A stretch of 41,956 bases of DNA from assembly GCA_000697335.1 (NCBI GenBank), contig JNEM01010272.1:1-41956 (forward strand). The letters run 5' to 3'. The position numbers and the translations under genes are program-made. Origin of the DNA: Conidiobolus incongruus B7586. Its lineage: Eukaryota. Shown here one piece after another: positions 1 to 11,549 of this stretch (positions are counted from its first letter, which is position 1; every line of letters begins with the position of its first letter). A model generated the notes under the pieces. That model was given only the letters and a program-made list of their open reading frames with translations. It was not told where the DNA came from and did not search any database.

Positions 1-889
1 TAATATTTAAAAGATTAATTTTTATTATTATTTTCTTATTTATTAATAAAGTAAAGAAATATATTAATATCTCTTTATTTTTATTAAAAAATTATTAAAG
101 TAATTTAATATTAATTATATAAATATATTATATATACTTAAGTTTAAACTTAGCTTAATTAATAAAAATATAAAATAAATACCTTATAATTTAATAAAAG
201 CTTAAAAAAATTAAAGTAACTATAATTAAAAATAAAGGTTTTTATAGTAAATATTTACAATTAATAAATTTTAAATTTTTTTATATAATTTTTTATTTAA
301 AAATAAAATAAAATGTTAAATTAAGTTAAATTAATCTTTTTTATAAATTTTAATAAATAAATACTTTAAATATAAGTGAATAATAATTATTATAATAAAT
401 TATAATAGTATATAATTTTCTTATTTAATACTTCAAGGAAAATTAATTAATAATAAATTATATATTATTTTTTAAATAAAATAATTTTTAAATAGTGTTT
501 TTATTATAATTTAAAGATACTTATTATTTTATATAATAATTATAAAATATAAAAAGTTAAAGTTATAAAAAATTTTTTATATAAAAAAAATAAAGTTACT
601 ACATCTAGTATATTTACTTAATTATAACTTATATAATTATAATTATTTTAAATAATTAAAAAAATAGATTATAAGAAAAAAAATTCCTGTAAACAAATTA
701 AATTAATTCATAAAACATTAAATTTTAGTTTTTAATAAAAAGAACTATTTTTTAAATATTAGAAGCTTATCAAAAGTATAAAAAAGAGTTATTAATAATA
801 AAAGAGGCTATTAATTTTATATTATTTATTAATTTATTTGTTTAGTTTTAATTTCAAAATTGTGCCATTACTTAATTCTTGCACTAATA
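1..889 (+). mobile_element. Hypermutated mariner-like (DD34D-type) transposon, 3' part, with right terminal inverted repeat and TA target-site duplication
   Basis: Motifs are recoverable by reverting C>T/G>A: 176-193 taa ata cct tat aat tta = WIPH(D/N)L (mariner WVPHEL); 257-277 aca att aat aaa ttt taa att = TIDExWI; 523-540 att att tta tat aat aat = IILHDN; 596-640 = LPHPAYSPDYNPCDY; a C-terminal GIRSLP..W.RVI..KGGY-like segment ends near 814. The end 'gccattacttaattcttgcactaa|TA' (to 887, TA 888-889) resembles mariner TIRs. A few homopolymer frameshifts are present. Confidence 0.8.
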
Positions 890-3123
890 TCATTCATAAT
901 ACATAGTTAACATTGGGCCCTAAAAGATTTTGATCTAATATCTTTTTCAGATTTAGCTTTCTTTTTTCTTCTAGTTTAAGTAGTGTCTTGATCATCTCAA
1001 GCTAATTGGGCAGTTGATTTTAACCTTGACATAGAAGCTTCACTGTATCTATCTGTTAAATCTTCACAAAGCTTGCATTTAATATGAAGTTTGTTGAAGA
1101 GGGACTAAAAATACCTGTTAACTAAAGTGTGTAATAATAAGATGAAAACACTGTATATTGTTTTCTAAAATCACTTAACCATTTATCGAAATTCTCATTT
1201 CTTTTACTTTCATCTTCTTCAGCTTCTTGTTGCTATATTGAATTTTAGGTTAACAAAGGAAACATTGGAATATGAATGTTATACCCTTTTAGGCTCTTCC
1301 ACTTCTCTGAGTTTTTTGGCCTTTTCTCCAGCTCCTTGATCTGCTTTGATCAGTTTTTGCTTTCTTTTTTCTCGCTTAGAATCTTCTGATAATTCATCAT
1401 TGGGAACATCGATCAAGTCAAACGTGTGAACAACCTTTAAAATGATTCATTAGGAATATAAATATTAAATGAATAGAATTTAATTTTTCTTCAACTTCTT
1501 CAATACCAATTTGATGATATTTTGCCTTTTGAATACTCTTCTCAGTATGATGTATGACAAGATCCAGACTATCTTCATCTTACAAATCCCTACCTTAGAG
1601 GAGTTACTAAAATTAATATCATTTAAAAATTAGGTTATTTGATAGTCAGGTATTAAATACTAAGAAGGCAGATTTTCCTAGAGATTTTTTTTCAATCTGT
1701 TTAATTCCAATTATTCATCAAGTTTTTATTTAGATATCAGCTAAATCAAATCAGATTCATATACCAAATGCCATTAGAATATAAAAATTTATAAAATTGG
1801 CTGCTGTTTCAGCAGCCTTTTCATTTAATTTTTCTGCTTAAGCCCTTCACTTTTGAGAAATTAATTTTAATTCTTCATGTATTTTATATCACTAGACAAA
1901 ACACTAATGCTAATGTTATAATATGTTAATGGACAGATATATAGATAACTGGCTCAACATATGGAAACTGTATTTTAAATCTAAATTGTTGAAAAATTCA
2001 GCGTTATTTACATTAACTAAACATTTCAAATCTCTGACATAATCATTAGAGAAAAAAGTTTGACTGTATAATAAATACTACATATTATTGGTGGATTAGT
2101 AATCCTATTCTGAAATGAATGATGTGATTCACTTGAGAGTGGGAATATGCCATATTAACTGAAAAAGTTGGATATTTCAATTGCATCGATTTTAAAAGAA
2201 ATGACGAAGCTAAGGCATCTCCATAATTAATTCTATGGATAATTATTAGCTTTGATATTATTCAACAAAATAATATATAAGCATACCTGGTTGAGTAATT
2301 TAATTGTCTTTTCATATCAAAAACAGAAATAACTGTTACATTGTTACTTGATGAAGATATTATTAATCCTAGAGTTGATAAATTGTTACTATTATGGTAA
2401 TAGCTGAAGAGGCTATCAACCCCAAAGGAAGCAGCGGGTGCAGAAAATGCTTAAAATAAAAGCTCTGTCAGTACTAAAAAAGAGTTAGTTGTATTTTAAT
2501 TGAAAAATCTGTTTATATTACTTGTATGACTGAAAGAAGGGTTGAAAATAGGTTCAGTCATTACGATTGAATGATCAATGGAAGAGTTGATTTCCATATT
2601 TAAAAATATATAGTCCATAATATGCTCCTACATCAATATTATTATAATCTTAGTAATATTAGTAAGCATTAATCTATAAAACTTACCATAAATCCAGGAT
2701 GTGTTAAAACTCCATTCTCAAAAGGATATTTGAGATTGGCTTTAGTATTAATATTGTTGTTAATTTGGCCACCTATTAAAACTCTAGTCTGTGACTCCTC
2801 ATTAGCTTTACGTTCTCTATTTTCAGAAACTATGGTATCGAATTGAACTAAAATAACATATTAATAATCAAAGACTATACTACTAAAACTTGAATAACTC
2901 GTTGGATCAGATTTGTTCCCCAGCCGATTCTACAATGATGAGATCCTAAATCAATCTAAATCAAAAAATATACAATATCAATAATGATCTATTTACCATA
3001 GTCTATAATAATCGGAGTATCAGTTCCAATATATTCATGGTAATTTTGAAGTTGGTGATCGGGCCCTCGTAAAGCAATATTTTCACTTATAGGGGTTAGA
3101 TCTTTGACTGAACTTTCACCCAT
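890..3123 (-). pseudogene. ARP5: Actin-related protein 5 (INO80 subunit) pseudogene, 3'-truncated at the mariner insertion
   Basis: Manually spliced exons from ATG 3123: PIIIDYG/SHHCRIGW, MEHIMDYIF..IDHSIVMTEPIFNP, TELLF*AFSAPAASFGVDSLFSY, FLLKSMQLKYPTF, TFDLIDVPNDELSED.KREKK/QKLIKA, DLTDRYSEASMSRLKSTAQLA. These match Arp5 motifs. There are several in-frame stops (e.g. 2451-2453, a cluster in 900-1230) and frameshifts, and the C-terminal actin-fold half is absent from the window. Confidence 0.85.
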
Positions 3124-4453
3124 GAGTGAAATGATCTGATATAATATTAAATTTTTTGTTGATTATGTAAATAAAATAATTTAAAAAAATTCCTCAATGG
3201 ACTGCTAATGTACAAGGTATTATTTATGATCAATCGATGGTGAAATATTTATGGGATTTGTTTGATATGATCAAATCACAAATTCGTTTAAATGTTGATT
3301 GCTTATAATTGGATATATTGTAGGAGGATAAATGATTAGGCCTGTGATATAATTTTATTCTACTTTTACCTTATTGTTTTAATTATAAATTGCACACTTA
3401 TTTATGAAATAATTATAATTTTATTTTAAACTCCTATTGATCGTGATATATTTTATACTTTTGTAATGTTTTTGATAAAACAAAACTAATATTTTATTAA
3501 TTGATGATATACATATAATTATGTTTTGAAAATAAATATGTATTTAATGATATTGTACAATATTAGGGAAAAGATCGAATATTATTCAAATGATATCAAC
3601 TATTAAACTCAAATATACATAGCCATATTTTTAATTTTAAACTGGACAGTTAAAATCATCTTCTGAAATATAAAATAATGAATAACCTGAATTAACCGAT
3701 AAAATATTTTCAAGAAAATCAAAATAATATTTCATGACAATGCAATCTATAATTGTTTTAATTGATTTAAACATATTATGGTTTTGATAAAATATATTTT
3801 TATAATCAATATAAACACTGTAATTGTTTATTAAATAAATCTAATTTATTAGAATATCCGATATAATGTAATAAGATGAAATAATTAAATAATTTTAGTA
3901 TTTTTATTTACTCTTAATATTCAAGTTTTAGCAATTGAGTTGATGTATCTCTGGATAAATATATATTTGAAATTTTAGCGATTAAGTATTTTAAATAGTC
4001 GATAAATTATATATAGATAATATGTTATATATCTTGAAACATAATAAGTCAATAAAACATATCCAAATTATGCCAAAAGTTAGTAGTAAAAGATTCTTTA
4101 TATTATATTGTATATATTTTTCTCAAAAATTTTTGATATTGGATGTTTTTGCACAGTTTAATATAGTATAATATAACGAATAAAATTAACACTCCTAATA
4201 ATATTAATTATGAGATTATAAGTTATTTTCTGTTTATAATTGTTTATATAGGAGGTAATATTTGAAAAATAGTGTATCAAAATTTAAGCAAAATGGTTTA
4301 GAATTCCAAAACTCAATCTAGAACTTGCAATTAACATTTTATTTTATTGACAAAATTAATTGGAGAAATAACTTGTATTAAAATGAGGATACTAAGGGTC
4401 ATGAGAGATTCCATTTTTTGGAATGAGGTATCCTTTCTTTTTCTATTTCATTC

Positions 4454-5413
4454 ATGTCAGATAATCTTTATAGCTATCAATTTAACGCACAGTCTAACGT
4501 TCCGATACCTCCCTTTGATTCAACTGATCTCCCAAGCTATGAAGAGGCAGTCAAATCTAATTCTGAAATACCTATTAGAGTGGAATTTCCTCAACCTGGT
4601 CTAGTGTTTCCTGAACCTGATTTTTCCTGCGTTGCACCACCAGAAACACATGCAATCAATATCAAAGATATCCCAGTCAAAACTTCGAAGAGTGGAATCG
4701 TCTCTCATGAAGCTCTTTTAAACAAGGATCCGAATTTATTACATCACTTCTTTTTGTACCATAACACAGCACCCAAGCTTTTTGTTGATATCAAAGGAAA
4801 TCACTATGAAAAAGTGGTAGAGAGATATAGAGTGACAAATGAGAATGGTGAAACAGAGTGGAAGACACGTACATATCAAAAGGAAGTAGTTGATTTTGAA
4901 ATGAGCTATGATGCTTCTGGATATGTACTCCCAACTGGCACTTTGCATCTGACCAATCCAGAAGTTCATGATCACACTGAAGATTGCAGTGTAAATAGTT
5001 TAAATCAGCTATTTATCAATTATACAAAGAGTAAGAATCGATTAAAAGAAATCAGTCTTGAAAAAATCATCCAATGGAATTTTGAAGAGTTAACCAGGGC
5101 AATTTCTTATAGCATCAGAGCTCAAGGCTATAGAGGTAGTATTCATGTCAATTATCGTCGTCAGCATTACAAAATCAAAGTGTTATCAGAGTCGAAGTTA
5201 TCTAAATTTTATCACAGTAAAATCACCAGTGTGCTTTGTGTTTTAACTTGCTGTTGTTTGATTTGGTGGCCCATTGGATACATGTATAAGGATCAAATTG
5301 GAGAGGATTTTAGGTCAACCTTCCAAATGTCCATTTCAACTCAGGATTGGTATTATAAAAATATTTCCTCTATATTAAGCTCAGTCAGAGAACGCAGAAT
5401 CCAATACCATTAA
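4454..5413 (+). CDS. Uncharacterised fungal membrane protein with N-terminal PY motif (LPSY) and Cys-rich C-terminal hydrophobic helix; tandem copy 1
   Basis: 319-aa intronless ORF with LPSYEEA and the hydrophobic segment VLCVLTCCCLIWWPIGY. It aligns end to end with 6075-7031. Confidence 0.85.
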   Translation: MSDNLYSYQFNAQSNVPIPPFDSTDLPSYEEAVKSNSEIPIRVEFPQPGLVFPEPDFSCVAPPETHAINIKDIPVKTSKSGIVSHEALLNKDPNLLHHFFLYHNTAPKLFVDIKGNHYEKVVERYRVTNENGETEWKTRTYQKEVVDFEMSYDASGYVLPTGTLHLTNPEVHDHTEDCSVNSLNQLFINYTKSKNRLKEISLEKIIQWNFEELTRAISYSIRAQGYRGSIHVNYRRQHYKIKVLSESKLSKFYHSKITSVLCVLTCCCLIWWPIGYMYKDQIGEDFRSTFQMSISTQDWYYKNISSILSSVRERRIQYH

Positions 5414-6074
5414 GTCATTCATAAGATAATAAAAGACCAAAACTCCTATTAATAACGATTATTATTATATAAATTAAAATCTTTATTTAATAAATTCTAC
5501 TCTTGATTATAACATTAACAGTCTATTAAGAATTTTTGAAAATAATTGAAAATAAATAAACTAAAAAGCCTCAATAAATTGAATGAAAAATACTCAAACA
5601 AAAAAGTCTGCATATATTATGTTAAATCAAATCTATATAATCAAATATTATCATATTTTTATAATTAAACTCTTATTATTAGTTTTGATTTTCAAATTCC
5701 ATGTATATATCAAAAATAATATTGATTAAAAAATTATAAAATATATGTATATATTGTCACTTGTCAAATTAGGAATTAGTTTCGATATAATTTATTTATA
5801 ATCGAAGTAATCTCTGTGAACTTATTATTGGCATAATATGTTTAACAATATTAGATTTGATAATGATAAAATAATTCATATATTTTATAATGAATCAGAA
5901 ATGAGATGATACTACCAAATTAATAGATTAAGCATTGTTGAATATCAGACAACACTGCATATTAAAAATCGCTATTTTTTGAATGAGAAAAATGAGATGA
6001 TTTCATTGAAACAGATATTAGAATTCAGATCAACAATAATGCTAAATTTTTTCTTTTCAATTTAATCATTAATA

Positions 6075-7031
6075 ATGTCAGAAGATCTTTACAGTTATCA
6101 ATTTAATGCTCAATCGCATGTACCTACATCATCTAATCCAAACAGCCCTCCATCATATGAAGAAGCAACTAATTCAAATCCTGAAAAACCTATGAAAATT
6201 GAATTTCCAGAACCTAATTTAATATTTCCAGATGCTAATTATTCCACATTTCCTCCTCAGCCAGTTCATTCAATTAATATTAACGATATTCCAGTTACCA
6301 CTTCAAAGAAGGGAATCATTTCCCATGAAGCTCTATTGAATAAGGATCCAGACTTACTTCACCACTTTTTCTTACATTATAACACCCCTCCAAAAGTTTT
6401 TATAGATATTAAAGGGTTTCATTATGAAAGGGTTGAAGAAGAATTTCGAAGTGAAAATGAAAATGGTGAAACTTTAATTAATACAAGTACTCATGACAGA
6501 GAAGAAATAGACTTTCAATTTAGTTTTGATATCTCTGATTATATCCTTCCTATAGGTATTTTACATCTTATGAATCCTAAAGATTCTGACCACCAATTCA
6601 ACTCTAACCTCCACGCTCTTAATCAATTATTCATTAGTTATACTAATAGTAAAAATCTATTGAAGGAAATCGAGCTTGAAAAGATTATTCAATGGAATTT
6701 TGAAGAATTAAGTAAAGCCATTACATATAGTATTCGAAACACTGGTTATTACGGTTTAATCAATATTAACTTTCGAAGGGAAAACTACAAGGTTAAGGTG
6801 TTATCGGAATCTAGCTTGTCGAAATTTTATCATAACAAAATAATGTCAGTTTTATGTGTTATATCATGTTGTTGGTTGATTTGGTGGCCTATTGGATATA
6901 TGTATAAGGATAAAGTAGGCGCTAATTTCCGCTCAACTTTTCAAGTATCTATCTCTCCCAAAGACTGGTACTATAAAAATATTTCATGTATCTTAAACTC
7001 GGTTAAAGAAAGAAGAATTGAATATTATTAA
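6075..7031 (+). CDS. Uncharacterised fungal membrane protein with PPSY motif; tandem copy 2
   Basis: 318-aa intronless ORF with PPSYEEA. It shares blocks such as SHEALLNKDP.LLHHFFL, LKEI.LEKIIQWNFEEL and LIWWPIGYMYKD with copy 1. Confidence 0.85.
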   Translation: MSEDLYSYQFNAQSHVPTSSNPNSPPSYEEATNSNPEKPMKIEFPEPNLIFPDANYSTFPPQPVHSININDIPVTTSKKGIISHEALLNKDPDLLHHFFLHYNTPPKVFIDIKGFHYERVEEEFRSENENGETLINTSTHDREEIDFQFSFDISDYILPIGILHLMNPKDSDHQFNSNLHALNQLFISYTNSKNLLKEIELEKIIQWNFEELSKAITYSIRNTGYYGLININFRRENYKVKVLSESSLSKFYHNKIMSVLCVISCCWLIWWPIGYMYKDKVGANFRSTFQVSISPKDWYYKNISCILNSVKERRIEYY

Positions 7032-7673
7032 TTTATGCAGATAATTTTATATTTATATTTATAATAAATGATAAAGTTTGATAACGTATTAATTAATACA
7101 ATGATTTTATTATGAAATCACAGGGAGAGAGGAGTAGGGTAGAGTTTAAATACTGAAATTAAATATAAGGGAAAATAATAAACGTTGAATAAATAAAACG
7201 TTTAAGTTAGGAGGACCAAATACAATCAAAACAGATCCGAAATGTAGTTATTAAATTGACCTATTAGTTAATCTGAATTCTCAGAATCATACTATACTAT
7301 TGATTAACAATTAATGAGTAAAAATTACAATCATTAATGTCAATAGAAAGTAGAAATATTAGATTAGTTGTGAAATGTGGAAAGCTGTAAAATTCAACTA
7401 TTCTGTTGAACTAAATCAGATAATAATCCAAGAGAGAGTATTTTAGGCTAATTTTACAACTGATGTATCAAATCAATTGTAGGGAAATTGGATGATATCA
7501 TGTTATACTGTAGCATCTCATTCGATGAGTAACAAAATAGGGGATTGGGCATATCAAAAGGATCTAGCCTTAGCACCAATTTAAAAGAACATGAACATGA
7601 ACGATTAAAGGAGGAGGAAAAATTTTTGAATCAAATGGACAATTAGATACTCAATTGTATAGTCACAAACAAA

Positions 7674-8465
7674 TCAAATAGCTTCAATATTGACGAAATC
7701 AGTGGTGAATTCTTCCAATTGAACATAATGCTGCACTGTGTCAACTGAAGATTGGCTTGAATTCCAAGTAGCATCATCTGTCGAGCAATAAAAACAAATA
7801 TCATCTTCTGGATTGTAATCATATTTTGGATCATTCAGCTGAAACAGGCCAGCTAGGGGCATTGAAGATGATGTATGTTTGATCATATGTGGACAAGTAT
7901 GTTGCTTTGAGTTATTCCCATATTCAGCATTTTGGCGAGACATTGGTTGAGAAGTCAAGTTGATTAAATTAGTAAACGAACCAATCATTTTGGAAAACAT
8001 TGTGCGATTTAGTGTACGGGGCTTAGTAGAAATGTTGGGACGATGAGAGTTGGTAAAAGATGTCGGTAATGGCTTTGGTGAATGGGTTCGATTCAAGTTA
8101 AAGCTGAGTCTTTTTGGAGAAGGGATAGGTGTTTTGCATGACTCAGAAGAGTCAGAAGAATTGGATTCAATTTGAACAACGGAAGTACTTAAGCTACGCT
8201 GACGAGGGCAAGTATGATTGGGTTTTAAAGAATGCCGCTTGAGAAATGAATTGCTTCGTGAAGGAGTGTTAGATTTTGGTGATGTGGGAGTCTTTTCTGA
8301 AATGGGAGTGACGCGAATTAGGTTGAGACTATAACGTTTGGATTTTGGACTTATAATTGGAGATTCTTCATAAAATTCAGGAGAAGCAATGGTACTGTGA
8401 TCTGGAGTGAAAGGATCGTATTGCGGTTTGGCAATAAAAATTCGAGAAGTAGGTCTGGACACCAT
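7674..8465 (-). CDS. Ser/Pro/Arg-rich, probably disordered hypothetical protein (263 aa)
   Basis: Long open frame with higher GC than its flanks. The first ATG is at 8465 (MVSRPTSR...), and there are many SP/TP and RxxS sites. No recognisable domain. Confidence 0.7.
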   Translation of the reverse strand: MVSRPTSRIFIAKPQYDPFTPDHSTIASPEFYEESPIISPKSKRYSLNLIRVTPISEKTPTSPKSNTPSRSNSFLKRHSLKPNHTCPRQRSLSTSVVQIESNSSDSSESCKTPIPSPKRLSFNLNRTHSPKPLPTSFTNSHRPNISTKPRTLNRTMFSKMIGSFTNLINLTSQPMSRQNAEYGNNSKQHTCPHMIKHTSSSMPLAGLFQLNDPKYDYNPEDDICFYCSTDDATWNSSQSSVDTVQHYVQLEEFTTDFVNIEAI

Positions 8466-11343
8466 GACTGAATGAAAATTATGAAGAAAATCGAATAGGA
8501 TAGTCAAGCACACCAAATCAAGAAGACTGGAATAATATTAAAATATTCAAGCACCAAAGTGGTAGAAGTGGTTTGGTTAAGTTATTAAAATCACAAAGAT
8601 GAATCTTCGTGGGACATTAAAATAATTAAAAAATTAAGAATTGAGATAGATTTCAGCTAAACTAATGAATTTGTTTCATTTTATATGGAATCAATATACT
8701 TTGAATGTTAATCATTTCTCATTCAAGTGCATGTGAGTTTAAACCAATCAGCTTTAGGCAATCAAGACTGAGAAAGAAGAGATACATTGAGTTGACAAAA
8801 TTGATATGAATATCTGTGATTTGATTGGTGGATTTGGCCACGAATACAAATCCTTTTATTATCCGACAAAGGAAGATTAATCAACCCGAATCAACAAGTT
8901 AAACAAAGGAAAATATCAAAGAATTGTAGCCAAAAAATAAATAATAATTAAATTAATAATCCCTAACATCCGCTTCAATAATATCTTCCACCCTCCTACA
9001 ATTATATTTTGATAAGCTAATGAATTCCTTATTTAATCTGCTACAAAAGTTGGCTAATTACTCAGTCATCCCCATTTATTATAGGGTTAATGATTGTCTT
9101 AGCTTATATCTTTCTATTATAGGCTTAGTTTAACATATTAACATCTAAAAACAACTCGTTTTCTTTGTAAAAACACTCTACTTTGTGTTTAGACTCCAGA
9201 TAAAATTTAAGTTAATTTTTAGCCAGTAATAGAGCTGAATGAATTTGGTAATGTATATTTTTATTAATTACAATATAAGTGATTTCCTCCTTAGTCGACT
9301 CAAGCTGTAAGTTTTGTTGAAATTCAAGCAATCCACTTTCTGGCGTTATCAACTTGATTTTACTTAATTTAGAAGATTATAAATAATAAATAAACATTCG
9401 TATTCCATTAATTAAATATATTATCTCTTATTGCTATATTGTTATTATTAGTTTTTGATATGTTACGACCAAAATTTTAATTATGCTTTGCTTTTAGAAA
9501 ATATTCGAAGATTGATTTCAAATGTTTAAGATCTTATGTTATAATATTTCAAGTCACATACTTTAAAATATGTCTTAATTCTTACATTTGTATTTAAATT
9601 GCGATATGTTCTAAAATTATTTGAAAAACTAATAATATATCCTTAATGTTGTATTTCAAAATTAATCATCTCTTCCAGTTTGATAGCTAAACCAATATTA
9701 TTTCTATTTTAAGCTGACTTTGTCAGTCTATAATTGAAGGATACTCTTTGTTCTCTTTATTTTCTTTATTAGATTTTATCCAAATCCCATATCATTCATT
9801 GATTCAATTATTTAAACCTACAGTCCCGATACGTTAAAGAGCAGCATTAATAAATAATTTACTAAATCATATTTTGAGTACTTTTCTAACTACCATCTTT
9901 ATTTATAAAACTTAATATAAAACACAACACTTAATATAAATTATTGGTAAAAGATTTGAGAAATAACTTAATCATTTTCATCAATATATATAAATGTATA
10001 TTAGGAAAAATATCCAATCATAATATTGAACATTAATTGACATGATATTAAAAAATAGTAGCTTACTTAGCACTTTAGTAAAATAACTCTTTAAATATGT
10101 AATATCTTTTATATTTTGGCCAATAATTTATCTTAGATTTCTTGATTTTGAAAGAAATGTTTTGATAATTTCTCTAACATTTCAATTTTAATTCTTATTG
10201 AAAAATCAAATATTCTTTCATATATAACATTAATATTAGATAAAAAATTGAATAGATGATTTGATTGAATATTTGGTTTAATTATATTCAATCCTTTATT
10301 ATATTATATGTATAATAAAATAGCTCAGAGACACGGTTTGAAGGGACTCTGTTAAATTGAAAGTGCAATCAAATTTTACAATACATCAAATGATTTGATG
10401 TTATATTCAATGTTAGATCATTAACTTTATTAAGAAAATAAATGTTAATATAGTCTACAAGTTGTAGTTATATTTGATAAATATTTATTAAACAAATTGA
10501 ATTTTAAATTTGAAGTTTAATAATAAATGTATTCATATTATATTATTGTAATCATAATGAATTTGATGATAAAATTTGTCAAGTTGATGAATATTTTAAC
10601 ACGTTCTTGATTTACAACAATAAAAGTATTAATATAATATATTTTTCTTATAGTTAAATATTTGTACTATAATATGTGCTAAGATTAAAGATTCAAATAT
10701 TATATTTCATCTCATATGACATGTAATTAATAATTTTTGGTAGGAATTTCATTGAAAATTTTTAAAAATTTATTGTTTAACCTGAAAATTCTTTTTTCAA
10801 GTTGTTGTTATTTTGTGTATCATATAGACAAATTATGTTTTTATAAAGTCATTTTCAAATTGTCGATTTTTATAATATATTTTTAATATAAACAATTAAT
10901 ATAAAAAGAAAAATAATCTTTTAACTCTAAGTTTAACCATTTAAAATCAATAAATTATTAGATCAGATGTATAATTTTTTGGTATTAAACAAATGAACAC
11001 AGTAAAGCCGCTTTGATCCTTTAGCATGAAACTCGAATCGGGCCAATGATATGACTTTATTAATAGCTAAATTTTAATTAATTTTTTAACGGTATATATA
11101 ATTCTAATTTGAAATAAGATGAATATTCTTATATATTAACATGATTTGACACTAAAAGCTCGAATCGGTTATAGTGTAAATTAATATTTAATTATTCTTA
11201 AATAAATTACCATATCTCAGAATATTAGAAATAATTTTTAATTTCCAAATCAAATTGATTTATTCAATTTCTAGATTACTTATATAGCATTTTAATTTTT
11301 TAAATTTCTATTGGATAGAGGCTCCAACTTCTAACAAAGTCCG

Positions 11344-11351
11344 ATCACGTG
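11344..11351. promoter_or_regulatory. E-box (ATCACGTG), candidate bHLH site about 200 bp upstream of the intersectin ATG
   Basis: Matches the RTCACGTG consensus in an otherwise CpG-poor intergenic region. Function not shown. Confidence 0.3.
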
Positions 11352-11549
11352 CCTTTAATTATAATTGATATGATGAAAATCTGTTTTATTCAACTAAAAA
11401 TAACATTGAAAACCATAAATATAATATAATGATGAAATAATTAAAAACTATTCTTTATGATATTCTCTAATACAAGGTAGTATTTATTTATTTATTTAAA
11501 AGCGCTCGCTTTTCCAACTTTTGATTGATTAATATAAAATTTCTTAAAT

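Noticed and set aside
4428..4436. GTATCCTTT, a perfect U12 5' splice-site consensus
   Set aside because: It lies just before an ATG that is conserved in the paralogue. No usable U12 branch point or acceptor was found, and splicing here would remove the start.
10321..11168. TAGCTCAG (A-box-like) and twice-repeated CTCGAATCGG (11032, 11159; T-loop-like) as tRNA genes
   Set aside because: No cloverleaf or correct A/B-box spacing can be built.
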